Shown: positions 9,867-20,636 of the stretch, in pieces
How positions within the stretch are numbered: position 1 is the stretch's first letter
Layout: the number at the start of each line of letters is the position of its first letter
Source of the DNA: Candidatus Krumholzibacteriota bacterium
GTDB taxonomy: Bacteria; Krumholzibacteriota; Krumholzibacteriia; JAJRXK01
DNA: 64,000 nt
NCBI GenBank assembly: GCA_963727455.1
Contig: CAVSGG010000005.1
Location: 448,001-512,000 of the forward strand
Direction of reading: 5' to 3'
Translations under genes and position numbers: made by a program
The notes under the pieces: model-generated
Told to the model about the DNA's origin: nothing
Seen by the model: only the letters and a program-made list of their open reading frames with translations
Database searches by the model: none

Positions 9867-11336
9867 ATGGAAGACCAGCATCGGCTCGTACAGATGCGCC
9901 TGGAACGACTGGAGGGACTGAGAGAGCGGGGCGTCGACCCCTATCCCCACGCCTTCGCTCGCACGCACCGGCTCGCAGAGATCCTAGAACTGAGCGAGGA
10001 GTTTCTCGCGTCCGCCGTGCCACTCCGCCTGGCGGGGCGGATGATGTCCAAGCGCCGCCACGGGAAAGCGGGATTCGCGCACATCGAGGACGAGCGCGCG
10101 CGTCTGCAAATTTACATCCGTAAGGACGAGGTGGGCGAGGAGAACTACGAGGTCTACAAACTGCTAGAAGTGGGCGACTTCGTAGGGGTGGAGGGTTCGC
10201 TGATGCGAACCAAGACCGGCGAACTCACTGTGCACGTCAAGGAGATCACGGCTCTCACCAAGGCCCTGCGTCCGCTGCCCGAGAAGTGGCACGGTCTGAC
10301 CGACAAGGAAATCCGCTACCGGCAGCGCTATCTCGATCTCATCATGAACGAGGAAGTTCGATCCGCCTTTCGCCGCCGCAGTGAGGTGATCGCCGCCATT
10401 CGTGAAGTGCTTCTGGAAGAGGGCTTTCTGGAGGTCGAGACCCCGATCCTACAGCCCCTGTATGGAGGGGCAACCGCGCGGCCTTTCACCACCAATTACC
10501 ACTCTCTGGGCGACATGACGGTCTACCTGCGGATCGCCAACGAGCTGTACTTGAAACGGCTCATCGTCGGTGGCTTCGACCGAGTTTTCGAATTCGCGAA
10601 GGATTTCCGCAACGAAGGGATGGATCGCACACACAATCCCGAGTTCACCATGATGGAGTGCTATGCGGCCTACTGGGACTATCAGGACGTCATGGGGCTG
10701 GTGGAACGAATCTTTGCCCGTCTGGCCGAGCGCTTTACCGAGAACGGAATCCTGCGCTATGGGGAGCATGAGATCGATTTCAACGGCGGATTTCGCCGGG
10801 CACGCTACCTCGATCTTTTGCAGGAAGCGACCGGAGTCGATTTCGCCCGGCTGGATTTGGAGCAGACTCGCGCCCAGCTCGAGAAGCTCGGCGTGCAAGT
10901 CGACAGTGGCATGGGGAAAGGAAAGCTGCTGGACGAGGTGTTCAGCGAAAAGGTCGAACCAAGCCTCTTGCAGCCTACTTTCGTGTGTGATCATCCCAAG
11001 GAACTGAGTCCTCTGGCCAAGTCGCATCGCAGCGATCCAGAACTGGTGGAGCGCTTCGAACCCTTCATCGCCGGATTCGAAGTGGGGAATGCCTTCAGCG
11101 AACTGAACGATCCGCAGGACCAGAGGGCGCGTTTCGAGGATCAGCTCCGCCTGCGTGAGAAGGGCGACGACGAGGCGCAGCAGCTGGACAACGACTTCCT
11201 GCGCGCGCTGGAATACGGCATGCCTCCCACCGGTGGACTCGGACTGGGGATCGACCGCATCGTCATGCTCTTCACCGGAAGCCACAGCATTCGCGACGTG
11301 CTGTTCTTCCCCCAGATGAGATCCGAGGCCGAATAG
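9867..11336 (+). CDS. lysS: Lysine--tRNA ligase (class II)
   Basis: RYRQRYLDL, FLEVETP, FRNEGMDRTHNPEF, GMPPTGGLGLGIDR; start placed after AGGAAG. Confidence 0.97.
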   Translation: MEDQHRLVQMRLERLEGLRERGVDPYPHAFARTHRLAEILELSEEFLASAVPLRLAGRMMSKRRHGKAGFAHIEDERARLQIYIRKDEVGEENYEVYKLLEVGDFVGVEGSLMRTKTGELTVHVKEITALTKALRPLPEKWHGLTDKEIRYRQRYLDLIMNEEVRSAFRRRSEVIAAIREVLLEEGFLEVETPILQPLYGGATARPFTTNYHSLGDMTVYLRIANELYLKRLIVGGFDRVFEFAKDFRNEGMDRTHNPEFTMMECYAAYWDYQDVMGLVERIFARLAERFTENGILRYGEHEIDFNGGFRRARYLDLLQEATGVDFARLDLEQTRAQLEKLGVQVDSGMGKGKLLDEVFSEKVEPSLLQPTFVCDHPKELSPLAKSHRSDPELVERFEPFIAGFEVGNAFSELNDPQDQRARFEDQLRLREKGDDEAQQLDNDFLRALEYGMPPTGGLGLGIDRIVMLFTGSHSIRDVLFFPQMRSEAE

Positions 11337-11376
11337 AGTCTTGCTGGACCGTTTGCTTCGGTCCGAAGGGGTGCAG

Positions 11377-12654
11377 ATGGGTTTCGCCGCCTTCATCGCC
11401 CAGCGCTATCTGAGGACCCAGCGCTCGCGCTTCGTGAGCGTCATCACGATCATCGCCATCGTGGGGATCACCCTGGGGGTCATGGTCCTGGACACCACCC
11501 TCGCCGTGATGAACGGATTCCAGGACCAGATTCGTTTCACCTTCGTGGAAAACATGCCGATGGTCACGGTGATGACCCAAGCGCCTTCGGGCTTTACCGA
11601 CGTGGAGAAGATCGTCGATCGCGTGAAGGAGTTTCCTCCAGTGGTGGGTGCCGCTCCTTACATCCGCAAAGAGGCTTTGCTCACCTTCGAGAGGTTTGGA
11701 GGCCGCACGAAGGACCGGCCATGCGTGATTTGGGGTGTCGATCCCAATCGGCAGAATAGCGTGACCAAGACTCTGGATACGGTGACGCCCGCGTTCACCG
11801 ATTTCTCCACCGAGGGCTTCACGGGGGTGGATCCCGGCACTCCGGGAATCGTCCTGGGAGACATGTTGGCGCGCAGTCTCCGGGTGGGCGTCGGTGATCG
11901 TCTCACACTCACTACCGTGCGCAAGACGGGTGGGTCGAGGCAGTACGAGGGACACTCCGTCGAGGTCGCGGTAGTGGGGATCTTCACCAGCGGGATGTAC
12001 CAATTCGACGACGTGTTTGCCTACATGGACATCGATGCGGTGCGGAAGATCTTCGTGGTCATTGGAGGCGCCGACGGAGTGGGGATCAAGGTGGACAAGA
12101 TGATGCGCGCGCCCGCCTACGCCGACTCCTTGGCCGACCGGCTCGGCCTGCCCTACTTCACCAACGATTGGATTTCGCTCAACAGTGCCCTCTTCCGCTG
12201 GATCCGGATCGAGAAGGTCTTGATGTTCGTTCTGCTCTCGCTGATCACCCTGGTGGCGAGCTTCATGGTGGTGGCGATTCTGCTCATGATGGTGCGCGAT
12301 CGGCAGCACGACATCGGCATCTTTCTCTCTCTTGGGGTACGAAAGGACCAGCTCGTTGGGGTCTTCGTGCAACTGGGGATGATCATCGGGGGTGGGGGCG
12401 TGGTTCTGGGAACGATCCTGGGCTATTTGCTGTGCCGCTTTCTCGACAGCCAGGGTCTGTGGACCCTGGTCGAGCGCATGGGGCTTCCCTCGCCGGCCGA
12501 CGTCTACTTCGTGGACAAGCTTCCGGTTCACATGGAGGCGGGCGACTTCCTATTGGTGGGAGGCGTCACTCTCTTGATGTGTCTGCTCGCCACCCTGCTC
12601 CCTTCGTGGTTCGCCACTCGCTTCACTCCGGTGGAGGTGCTCCGCTATGAATGA
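11377..12654 (+). CDS. lolE: Lipoprotein-releasing ABC transporter permease LolC/E
   Basis: FIAQRYL, AVMNGFQ, FtsX-type C-terminal TM domain, DVYFVDKLP, PVEVLRYE. Confidence 0.88.
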   Translation: MGFAAFIAQRYLRTQRSRFVSVITIIAIVGITLGVMVLDTTLAVMNGFQDQIRFTFVENMPMVTVMTQAPSGFTDVEKIVDRVKEFPPVVGAAPYIRKEALLTFERFGGRTKDRPCVIWGVDPNRQNSVTKTLDTVTPAFTDFSTEGFTGVDPGTPGIVLGDMLARSLRVGVGDRLTLTTVRKTGGSRQYEGHSVEVAVVGIFTSGMYQFDDVFAYMDIDAVRKIFVVIGGADGVGIKVDKMMRAPAYADSLADRLGLPYFTNDWISLNSALFRWIRIEKVLMFVLLSLITLVASFMVVAILLMMVRDRQHDIGIFLSLGVRKDQLVGVFVQLGMIIGGGGVVLGTILGYLLCRFLDSQGLWTLVERMGLPSPADVYFVDKLPVHMEAGDFLLVGGVTLLMCLLATLLPSWFATRFTPVEVLRYE

Positions 12655-13342
12655 GCCCTGGCTCGCGGCGAACGATCTTCACATGGCGTATCACACGATG
12701 AAGCGCGACGTGACGGTATTGCGCGGAATCGATTTGAGGGTTGCTCCCCGTGAGGTCGTCGCGGTGACTGGCGGTAGCGGATCGGGAAAGACGACCCTCT
12801 TGAACCTGCTCGGTTCCCTCGATCGTCCCGTATCCGGCTCCATCCGCTGGGGAGGGGAGGAGATCCTCTCCTTGAAGCCGGTCGAGTTGAGCCGTTTGCG
12901 CAATCAAGCCGTGGGATTCGTGTTTCAGTTCCACCACCTGCTTCCCGATTTTACCGCCCTGGAGAACATCATGATGCCGGCGCGGATCGCCGGAGGCTCT
13001 TTGACCGAGGGACGCGCGAGAGCGCAAGAGCTGCTCTCGCGTGTGGGGTTGCGCGACCGCGCCGAACATCGACCTGGAGAGCTCTCGGGCGGAGAGCAAC
13101 AGCGGGTGGCGGTGGCTCGGGCCTTGATGAACCACCCGCGTCTGTTGCTGGCGGACGAGCCAGCAGGTAATTTGGATTCAGGGCGCGCCGCAGAGCTCAC
13201 GCAGCTCTTGCTCCAGGCGCGTGACGAAGAGGACTTGGCCGTGGTTGTCGTCACCCATGACGAACGAGCGGCGGCGCGCGCGGACCGGTGGTATACGCTT
13301 CACGAGGGGCGTTTGGAAGACCGCTCGGCGAGCAAGACCTAG
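12647..13342 (+). CDS. lolD: Lipoprotein-releasing ABC transporter ATPase
   Basis: GGSGSGKTT, GFVFQFHHLLPDF (LolD motif), LSGGEQQRVA. Confidence 0.9.
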   Translation: MNEPWLAANDLHMAYHTMKRDVTVLRGIDLRVAPREVVAVTGGSGSGKTTLLNLLGSLDRPVSGSIRWGGEEILSLKPVELSRLRNQAVGFVFQFHHLLPDFTALENIMMPARIAGGSLTEGRARAQELLSRVGLRDRAEHRPGELSGGEQQRVAVARALMNHPRLLLADEPAGNLDSGRAAELTQLLLQARDEEDLAVVVVTHDERAAARADRWYTLHEGRLEDRSASKT

Positions 13343-13350
13343 GGCGTTCA

Positions 13351-13878
13351 ATGATCTGCCAGCGATGCAGCAAGCGACCGGCCGAAGTGCAATACACCGA
13401 GATGGTCGGTGGCCAGAAAACCATGCAGTGGCTGTGTTCGGAGTGCGCGCGGGAGGCCGGTCTCCTCGTCAATCTCAAGCTGCATCCCATGGCCCCCGCC
13501 GCGACCGCGAAGATCCTCTCCGGCACCGAGCGCTCGCCAAATGTCCCCAAGTGCCCCGAGTGCGGCACCGACGGCGAGAGCCTGCGGCGAACCGGCCTGC
13601 TCGGCTGCCCCAACTGCTACGAAGTCTTCCGCGTCCAACTCGAACCGCTGCTGCGCAGCGTGCATCACGCGGTCGACCACAATCCACGCGCGGGGCGCGA
13701 TGACCCGGTGAGTCGTCTGGAACGCGTCCTGGAGTCCCTGCGCCGCGAGCTCAGTGAATCGGTGCGCAGGGAGGAATTCGAGCGGGCGGCTTCGATCCGC
13801 GACGAGATCCGCCGTTACGAAAAGGAGAAGGCGGAGCTGGCCTCGCCCGAGATCGAGGAGGGGGACGAGGACGCATGA
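13351..13878 (+). CDS. mcsA: Protein-arginine kinase activator McsA
   Basis: Four CxxC pairs, GLLGCPNCY, C-terminal UVR motif EEFERAASIRDEI. Confidence 0.9.
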   Translation: MICQRCSKRPAEVQYTEMVGGQKTMQWLCSECAREAGLLVNLKLHPMAPAATAKILSGTERSPNVPKCPECGTDGESLRRTGLLGCPNCYEVFRVQLEPLLRSVHHAVDHNPRAGRDDPVSRLERVLESLRRELSESVRREEFERAASIRDEIRRYEKEKAELASPEIEEGDEDA

Positions 13879-14942
13879 GATTCGAGGAGATGGCCAAGTC
13901 TCCGGCTCCCTGGCAGAGCCAGGACGCTCCCGAGCGGGACATCGTGCTGAGCTGTCGCGTGCGTTTGGCCCGCAACGTGGAGGGCCAGGTCTTCCCGCAC
14001 CTTCTGGGCGAGGACGCGCTGCGCAACCTCAGGAGCCGGATTCTCCGGGCGGCCGCGAGTTGCCCGAGTGCGGCGCTCCCTTCGTCCTGGGCGATGGAGG
14101 AGCTGGAGGAATTGGAGCGGCGCTTCCTCTTGGAACGGCACTTGGTCTCTCAGGAGCTGGTGGCCACTCCCATCGGGCGCGCGGTCCTGATGAGCCGAGA
14201 CGAATCGCGGGGCCTCATGGTCAACGAGGAGGACCACCTGCGGATCCAGGCCTTCGGCCCCGGGCTCCTGCCCAAGGAAACCTTAGAAATTGCAATGTGT
14301 TTTGCGTCAGAGTTAGAGGAACACTTGACCTTTGCCCACAGCCCGCGGCTGGGCTACCTCAGCGCCTGCCCCACCAATTTGGGCACCGGAATGCGCGCCT
14401 CGGTCCTTCTGCACCTGCCCGGTCTCGCTCTGACCCGGGATTTGGAGAAGGTATTGCACAGCCTGAAGGTCCTGAACTATACCGTACGGGGCTTCTACGG
14501 CGAGGGAAGCGGGGCCCTGGGAGAGCTCTTTCAGGTCTCCAATTCGGCCACTCTGGGCCTCTCAGGGGCCCAGATCGTGGACGATTTGCTGCATCATCTC
14601 CGCAAGGTGATCTCGGTGGAACGGGAGGCACGCGCCGTGCTTCTGGAGCGCGAGGGGACCCGGATCGAGGACCGAGTCTTTCGAGCCTGGGGAATTCTGA
14701 AGAACGCTCGTTTGCTCACGACGCGTGAGGCCTTTGATTTGCTTGGAGATTTGCGGCTGGGGATGAGCTTCCGATTGCTTCCAGGGGTGGACGAAACCAC
14801 CCTCCGGTGTCTTCTTGTAACCATCCAGGGAGCGCACCAGGAAATCATGGCTCAGCGTAGCCTGAAACCGCACGAACGGGACGAACGAAGAGCCGACTAT
14901 GTACGGCGGGCGCTTGCCAAGGCAAGGAAGGACCAAGAATGA
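13875..14942 (+). CDS. mcsB: Protein-arginine kinase McsB
   Basis: [39 protein letters not shown]. Confidence 0.93.
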   Translation: MRFEEMAKSPAPWQSQDAPERDIVLSCRVRLARNVEGQVFPHLLGEDALRNLRSRILRAAASCPSAALPSSWAMEELEELERRFLLERHLVSQELVATPIGRAVLMSRDESRGLMVNEEDHLRIQAFGPGLLPKETLEIAMCFASELEEHLTFAHSPRLGYLSACPTNLGTGMRASVLLHLPGLALTRDLEKVLHSLKVLNYTVRGFYGEGSGALGELFQVSNSATLGLSGAQIVDDLLHHLRKVISVEREARAVLLEREGTRIEDRVFRAWGILKNARLLTTREAFDLLGDLRLGMSFRLLPGVDETTLRCLLVTIQGAHQEIMAQRSLKPHERDERRADYVRRALAKARKDQE

Positions 14943-17416
14943 ACGATCGCTTCACCGAGAGAGTCCGCAAAGTCCTGTTTCTCGCCAGAGATGAGGCGGG
15001 ACGGATGCAGCACGACTACATCGGTACCGAGCACCTGCTGCTCGGGATCATCCGCGAGGGAGAGGGCATTGCGGCCCAGGCTCTCCAGCGCCTCAACATC
15101 GGTTTCGATCAGATTCAGCAAGCGGTCGAAGACATCGTAACCGCCCAAAGCGGTACGCTGACCATCGGCGAGATCCCCTTCACCCCGCGCGCCAAGCGAG
15201 TCCTCGAGCTTTCCATCGACGAAGCGCGCATGCACAACCACAACTACGTGGGCACCGAACACCTTCTGCTCGCCCTGATTCGAGAAGGGGAAGGAGTGGC
15301 GGCGCGTGTTCTGAACGAACTCGGCGCCGATCACGACAAGGTCAAGAAGGAAGTCATGAAGCTCTTGGGCGGCACCGCCAAGGGCGGCACCTCGTCCGGA
15401 AGTTCGCAAAAGAAAGAGACTCCGGTTCTGGATCAGTTCGGCCGCAACCTCAGCCAACATGCGCGTGACGGAAAGCTGGATCCGACCATCGGGCGCGACA
15501 AGGAGATCGAGAGAGTCATTCAGATTCTGTCACGTCGGAAGAAGAACAACCCGGTCCTGATCGGCGAACCCGGTGTGGGCAAGACCGCCATCGCCGAGGG
15601 ATTGGCTCAGACCATCGTGGATGGACGAGCCCCCGAGCTGTTGAAGGACAAGGAGATCATCACGCTCGATCTCGCGAGTGTCGTGGCCGGAACAAAATAT
15701 CGCGGTCAGTTCGAGGAACGGCTCAAGGCAATCATGAACGAGATCCACGAGAGCGAGCACGTCATCCTCTTCATCGACGAGTTGCACACCATCGTGGGGG
15801 CCGGCGGTGCCGAAGGCGCCATCGACGCGTCCAACATGTTCAAGCCCGCTCTGGCTCGTGGGGAAATTCAGTGCATCGGCGCCACCACCCTCGACGAGTA
15901 CCGCAAATTCATCGAGAAGGATGGGGCGCTCGAGCGCCGTTTCCAGTCCATCATGGTGAACCCACCCAGTGAGGACGAGACGGTCGAGATCATTTTCGGA
16001 TTGCGGGACAAGTACGAGCAACACCACCAGGTCCATTTCACGGACGAGGCGATCCGGACCGCGGTTTATTTGAGCGTGCGCTACATCGCCAACCGTAGCC
16101 TGCCGGACAAGGCGATCGACGTCATCGACGAGGCGGGCAGTAGGGCCCGGCTGGCCGCCTCGGCGGTTCCCGGCGATCTGCGCGATCTGGAGAAGAGGAT
16201 CGAGGAACTCTCCGAGCAGAAGGAAGCCGCCATTCTGGGCCAGGAATTCGAGAAGGCGGCGGGCTTCCGGGACGAGGAGAAAGAGCTGCGTATTCAGCTG
16301 GGCAAGCAGCGCAAGACATGGTCGGAGCAGAGAAACGAGGTCAGGACCGAGGTCTCGGCTCGCGATATCAGCGTGGTCATCGCCGACATGACCGGGATCC
16401 CGGTGACCGAGGTCGAGGAGGAGGAGACCGAGAAACTGCTGCGGATGGAGGAGTGCCTGAGAGAATCGATCATCGGCCAGGAGGAAGCCATCTCCGCCGT
16501 GAGCAAGGCGATCCGCCGCAACCGCGCCGGTTTGCGCGATCCGCGGCGCCCCATCGGTTCCTTCGTGTTCTTGGGACCCACCGGGGTCGGAAAGACCGAG
16601 GTAGCGCGTCAACTCACCAAGTTCCTCTTCGACGATCTGAAGAACATGATCCGCATCGACATGTCGGAGTACATGGAGAGGTTCTCGATTTCCCGGCTGG
16701 TGGGAGCACCTCCCGGTTACGTGGGGTACGACGAGGGCGGAATCCTCACCGAGAAAGTGCGGCGCCAACCCTATTCCGTCGTTCTGTTGGACGAGATCGA
16801 GAAGGCCCATCCCGACGTTTTCAACCTGCTGCTGCAGGTGCTCGAGGACGGAGTCCTGACCGATTCCTTCGGGCGCAATGTCGACTTCAAGAACACCGTT
16901 CTCATCATGACGAGCAACGTGGGAAGCCGCAGAGAGGCGCTTCGCAAGAACGTGGGCTTCGATGCTCCCGGCAAGGGGGGCGACGAGAAGACCATGCGCG
17001 CCAACGTGACCGAGGATCTGAGAAAGACCTTCAGCCCCGAGTTCCTCAATCGTATCGACGAGGCCATCATCTTCCATCCGCTGGACCGGGCTCACATGAC
17101 GCGCATCCTGGAGATCCTGCTGCGAGAGATGGAAACTCGCATGGAAAGCCTGGACATCAAACTGATGTATTCACAGGAGGCCAAGGAGTACTTGGTCTCC
17201 ATCGGCTTCGATCCGGAGCTCGGAGCCAGGCCGCTGAGACGAGCCCTACAGCGGCACGTGGAAGATCCCCTCAGCGAGCGCCTCTTGCGCGGTAACATCC
17301 GCAGCGGGGACAGGGTGGAGGTGCGGGTCGTGGAGGACAAGCTGTCCTTCGAGGTGGTGGACCGCGATAAAAAAGGCAAACGGTCCGAGGCGGAGCCAGC
17401 CGGCAACGCCTCGTGA
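14939..17416 (+). CDS. clpC: ATP-dependent Clp protease ATP-binding subunit ClpC
   Basis: Two Clp-N repeats (GTEHLLL), two AAA+ modules ([16 protein letters not shown]), UVR middle domain, VGF ClpP-docking loop. Confidence 0.96.
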   Translation: MNDRFTERVRKVLFLARDEAGRMQHDYIGTEHLLLGIIREGEGIAAQALQRLNIGFDQIQQAVEDIVTAQSGTLTIGEIPFTPRAKRVLELSIDEARMHNHNYVGTEHLLLALIREGEGVAARVLNELGADHDKVKKEVMKLLGGTAKGGTSSGSSQKKETPVLDQFGRNLSQHARDGKLDPTIGRDKEIERVIQILSRRKKNNPVLIGEPGVGKTAIAEGLAQTIVDGRAPELLKDKEIITLDLASVVAGTKYRGQFEERLKAIMNEIHESEHVILFIDELHTIVGAGGAEGAIDASNMFKPALARGEIQCIGATTLDEYRKFIEKDGALERRFQSIMVNPPSEDETVEIIFGLRDKYEQHHQVHFTDEAIRTAVYLSVRYIANRSLPDKAIDVIDEAGSRARLAASAVPGDLRDLEKRIEELSEQKEAAILGQEFEKAAGFRDEEKELRIQLGKQRKTWSEQRNEVRTEVSARDISVVIADMTGIPVTEVEEEETEKLLRMEECLRESIIGQEEAISAVSKAIRRNRAGLRDPRRPIGSFVFLGPTGVGKTEVARQLTKFLFDDLKNMIRIDMSEYMERFSISRLVGAPPGYVGYDEGGILTEKVRRQPYSVVLLDEIEKAHPDVFNLLLQVLEDGVLTDSFGRNVDFKNTVLIMTSNVGSRREALRKNVGFDAPGKGGDEKTMRANVTEDLRKTFSPEFLNRIDEAIIFHPLDRAHMTRILEILLREMETRMESLDIKLMYSQEAKEYLVSIGFDPELGARPLRRALQRHVEDPLSERLLRGNIRSGDRVEVRVVEDKLSFEVVDRDKKGKRSEAEPAGNAS

Positions 17417-17427
17417 TCCGGGCGGCG

Positions 17428-17459
17428 AGAGGGGCGGGTTCCAGTGAATCCGCCCTTTT
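17428..17459 (+). terminator. Rho-independent terminator after clpC
   Basis: AGAGGGGCGGGTTC-CAGT-GAATCCGCCCTTTT stem-loop ending in a short U tract. Confidence 0.7.
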
Positions 17460-17472
17460 GACCTCCCATAGG

Positions 17473-17501
17473 TTGACCGCCGCCAGGCCTGCGCTTACCT
17501 T
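17473..17501 (+). promoter_or_regulatory. Putative sigma70 promoter for bamA operon
   Basis: TTGACC-N17-TACCTT. Confidence 0.5.
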
Positions 17502-17610
17502 CCCCTCTCATTTGGTGGCGGACGAAATGGGAACCCTTCCCTTCGCCTGACGTACACCAGTTTAGGCCAGCCCCGCGTACAGTCTTGAACCCTAGGTCTT
17601 CTATTAGCGA

Positions 17611-19923
17611 ATGAACGCAATTCCGCCTTTGCGTGCCCGGTCCTGGGTCCTTGCCTTGGTAGTCGCGGCAGTCCTGATCTCGTCAGCCTCGCAAGCGCAG
17701 GCGACGAGACTCGTACGTATTCGGGTAGTGGGAGTCAGCACGGTGACGGCGGACCAGGTCGTCGCGTGGAGCGGCCTCGAGGCGGGCAAGGAGATCTCCA
17801 AGGAGGGGATTTCCGCCGCGGTGAGGAAGCTCGCGGCCCTGAACAAGTTCAGCGAGATCTTCGCCTACAAGAACGAGGTCAAGGGCGGCATCGAGCTCAT
17901 CCTGAACCTCTCGGAGTATCCCCGGCTGGCTGGCATCGAGTTCTCCGGAGCGAAAGAACTCAAGCCGAAGGATCTCAAGGAAGAGATCGACCTGAGGGTG
18001 GGTGACTTTCTCACTCCGGGGGCGGTCACGCGCGCGAAGCTGAAGCTCAAGGACAAGTATCAATCCGAGGGCTACTTCAACGCCACCGTCAACACCGACT
18101 CGACCACCTTCTCCGCCGGTGGTCGCCAGACTCTGGTGTTCAAGATCGTCGAGGGCAAGAAGGTGAAGGTCCACTCCATCAAGATCGAGGGCAACCATCA
18201 GGTCAGCGCGGATGACCTGCGCCACGGGTGGAAGACGAAAACGGACAACTGGATTCGTAGTGGCACCTTCAAACGTCCGGAGTTCGAGGAAGATTTGCAA
18301 AAGCTGGTAGACAACTATCGCGACAAGGGCTTCCTGGACGCACAGGTCTTGGACCAGCGCAAGGATTTCGTCGAGGACGGCAAGAAACTCGATATTACCA
18401 TCAAGGTGAGCGAGGGGCCCCAGTATGAGGTGGGGAAACTCAGCTGGGAGGGGAATACCGTCTTCCCCGACGATAGAATCGCTTCGGTGATCACCCTGCG
18501 GACCGGCAGCGTGTTCAGCGAATCCGTGTTCCAGGAGACGGTGCAGGCCCTCAACAGTCTCTACTGGGAAGCCGGGTACATCTACATCACGGTGGAGCCC
18601 ACACGCGACATCCAAGGGCACGTAGTGAACGTGCACTTCAAGTTCCGCGAAGGCAAGCCGGCCAGCGTTCACGACATCATCATCACGGGCAACACCAAGA
18701 CTCACGAGACGGTGGTGCGCCGGGAGCTACGAATTCGTCCGGGTGAGCTCTTCGTGAGCAGCCGTCTGCAAGACAGCCAGCGACGCGTTTTCCAGCTCGG
18801 TTTCTTCGAGGACGTCCAGGTGGATTTCAAACCGGCTACGCCCGACGGTGACATCGACCTCATCCTGAACGTCAAAGAGAAACAAACCGGGCAGTTCAGC
18901 ATGGGCATGGGATTCTCGCAGCAGAGCCGGGCCACGGGCTTCTTGCAGGTCGGAGAAACCAATCTGTTCGGGACCGGCAACGCCTTGCAGTTCTCCTGGC
19001 AGTTCGGATCGCGCGCGAGTTACCTGAACCTCAGCTACACCATGCCCTGGTTCAGGGGGACGCCCACTCTTTTGGGGATTGACGCGTTCAACCGTTTCAG
19101 CAACCAGGTGAACGACTATTATGATACCCGGGTCAAAGGCGGAGCCATTCGCCTGGGCCGGCCCATCCCCGGTACGCGCTACAGCCGAGCCAGCGTGCGC
19201 TACAGCTACTCGCTGACCACGCTGAGTAATTTCGATCCGGCGTATGTGAGGACTCTGGATCAGCTGGAGCGTCAGCAGGGGCAGACTGGACTCCAGCGTC
19301 TGGACAAAACGGATTGGCCGCAGACTCGGAGTACACTGACCCTGTCGCTCTCGCGAAACAGCACCGACAGTCCGTTTTTTCCTACCAGCGGGAGCAGCGC
19401 AGTAGTGCGCTACGAGCTGAACGGCGGGCCTTTGGGGGGAGATCTGAACTTCCATCGGATCGAGGCCAACTACGACTTCTATCAAGCCCTACCCTGGAAA
19501 TTCGTGTTCCACGTGGGCAATGTTGCCGGCTGGCTGAGTGCATTCGGGAAAACCTCCGAGGTTCCCGACTACGAGAAATTCCGCCTCGGGGGCAACCGTC
19601 TCTACGCGCTGCGCGGTTACCGCGACCTGGAGGTCGTGCCCCGCGGCAATCTGAACTTCGTGGGAGGCGAGTTCTTCACCACCCTCACCACTGAGATGCT
19701 CTATCCACTCACCAAGGCGGTGCAGCTGGTGGGCTTCGTGGATCAAGGGGATACCTGGAATTCGTTCTCCGAGGCCGATCTCACCAATCTGCGGAAGGGA
19801 GCGGGCTTTGGCGTGCGCCTGGAGGTTCCGCTGGTAGGACGGGTAGGACTTGACTACGGTTACGGATTCAACAAGGCGAATCCCTCCTGGGAGACGCATT
19901 TCAACTTCGGGGCCTTCTTCTAG
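17611..19923 (+). CDS. bamA: Outer membrane protein assembly factor BamA
   Basis: Signal peptide, five POTRA-like repeats (e.g. GNTKTHETVVRREL), LRGY lid motif, C-terminal Phe. Confidence 0.95.
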   Translation: MNAIPPLRARSWVLALVVAAVLISSASQAQATRLVRIRVVGVSTVTADQVVAWSGLEAGKEISKEGISAAVRKLAALNKFSEIFAYKNEVKGGIELILNLSEYPRLAGIEFSGAKELKPKDLKEEIDLRVGDFLTPGAVTRAKLKLKDKYQSEGYFNATVNTDSTTFSAGGRQTLVFKIVEGKKVKVHSIKIEGNHQVSADDLRHGWKTKTDNWIRSGTFKRPEFEEDLQKLVDNYRDKGFLDAQVLDQRKDFVEDGKKLDITIKVSEGPQYEVGKLSWEGNTVFPDDRIASVITLRTGSVFSESVFQETVQALNSLYWEAGYIYITVEPTRDIQGHVVNVHFKFREGKPASVHDIIITGNTKTHETVVRRELRIRPGELFVSSRLQDSQRRVFQLGFFEDVQVDFKPATPDGDIDLILNVKEKQTGQFSMGMGFSQQSRATGFLQVGETNLFGTGNALQFSWQFGSRASYLNLSYTMPWFRGTPTLLGIDAFNRFSNQVNDYYDTRVKGGAIRLGRPIPGTRYSRASVRYSYSLTTLSNFDPAYVRTLDQLERQQGQTGLQRLDKTDWPQTRSTLTLSLSRNSTDSPFFPTSGSSAVVRYELNGGPLGGDLNFHRIEANYDFYQALPWKFVFHVGNVAGWLSAFGKTSEVPDYEKFRLGGNRLYALRGYRDLEVVPRGNLNFVGGEFFTTLTTEMLYPLTKAVQLVGFVDQGDTWNSFSEADLTNLRKGAGFGVRLEVPLVGRVGLDYGYGFNKANPSWETHFNFGAFF

Positions 19924-19950
19924 GCTTCCGCAGACGAGGAGAGTCGAGCT

Positions 19951-20502
19951 ATGAGACTCATACAACGAATCACCACTCTGTTCCTTCTCACGGCGCTTTC
20001 TGTCCTGGCCTTCGCGGGATCGGCTCGGGCCGACGAGAAGAACCTGAAGATCGGAACCATCGACAGTCAGCGGATTTTCCGGGAGTACCAGGAAGCCAAG
20101 GACGCGGAGGCGGTTTTCCAGGACGAAATGAAGCAGTGGCAGGAGGATCTCCAGGGAATGGAGCGCGAGATTCTCTCCCTGCAGGAGAAGATTCGTTCGC
20201 AGCAGCTGCTTCTTTCCCAGGACAAGCTCAACGAACTCCAGAGCCAACTGGATGAGAAGAGCCAGGCCTATGACAAGAAGCGCAGCGAGATCCTGGACCC
20301 CAACAACGGTCTGGCGGTGAAGCGAAATCAGGAGCTCAGCCAGCCGATCAACGACCAGATCACTTTGGTGGTCGAGCGCCTGGGATCCGAGGGCGGGTAC
20401 GACCTCATTCTGGATACGGCCACGGTCAATATCGTCTATCAGAACAAGGACTTGGATCTGACAGACAAGGTTTTGGAAGAACTGGAAAAGTCGGGAAAGT
20501 AG
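19951..20502 (+). CDS. skp: Periplasmic chaperone Skp/OmpH
   Basis: KIGTIDSQRI, coiled coil, YDLILD...DLTDKVL; lies between bamA and lpxD. Confidence 0.9.
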   Translation: MRLIQRITTLFLLTALSVLAFAGSARADEKNLKIGTIDSQRIFREYQEAKDAEAVFQDEMKQWQEDLQGMEREILSLQEKIRSQQLLLSQDKLNELQSQLDEKSQAYDKKRSEILDPNNGLAVKRNQELSQPINDQITLVVERLGSEGGYDLILDTATVNIVYQNKDLDLTDKVLEELEKSGK

Positions 20503-20636
20503 CGGTCGAGCATTGGGATTTGACATTGTGCAGACGAGCTGCCAGCATGAATCGGCGTCATGCGCGAAGAGGGGCCGCCTTGGCCCCTTCGACGTATGGT
20601 CCCCTATTCGCCCGTCCCCGCCGAGGAGGCCGTAGA

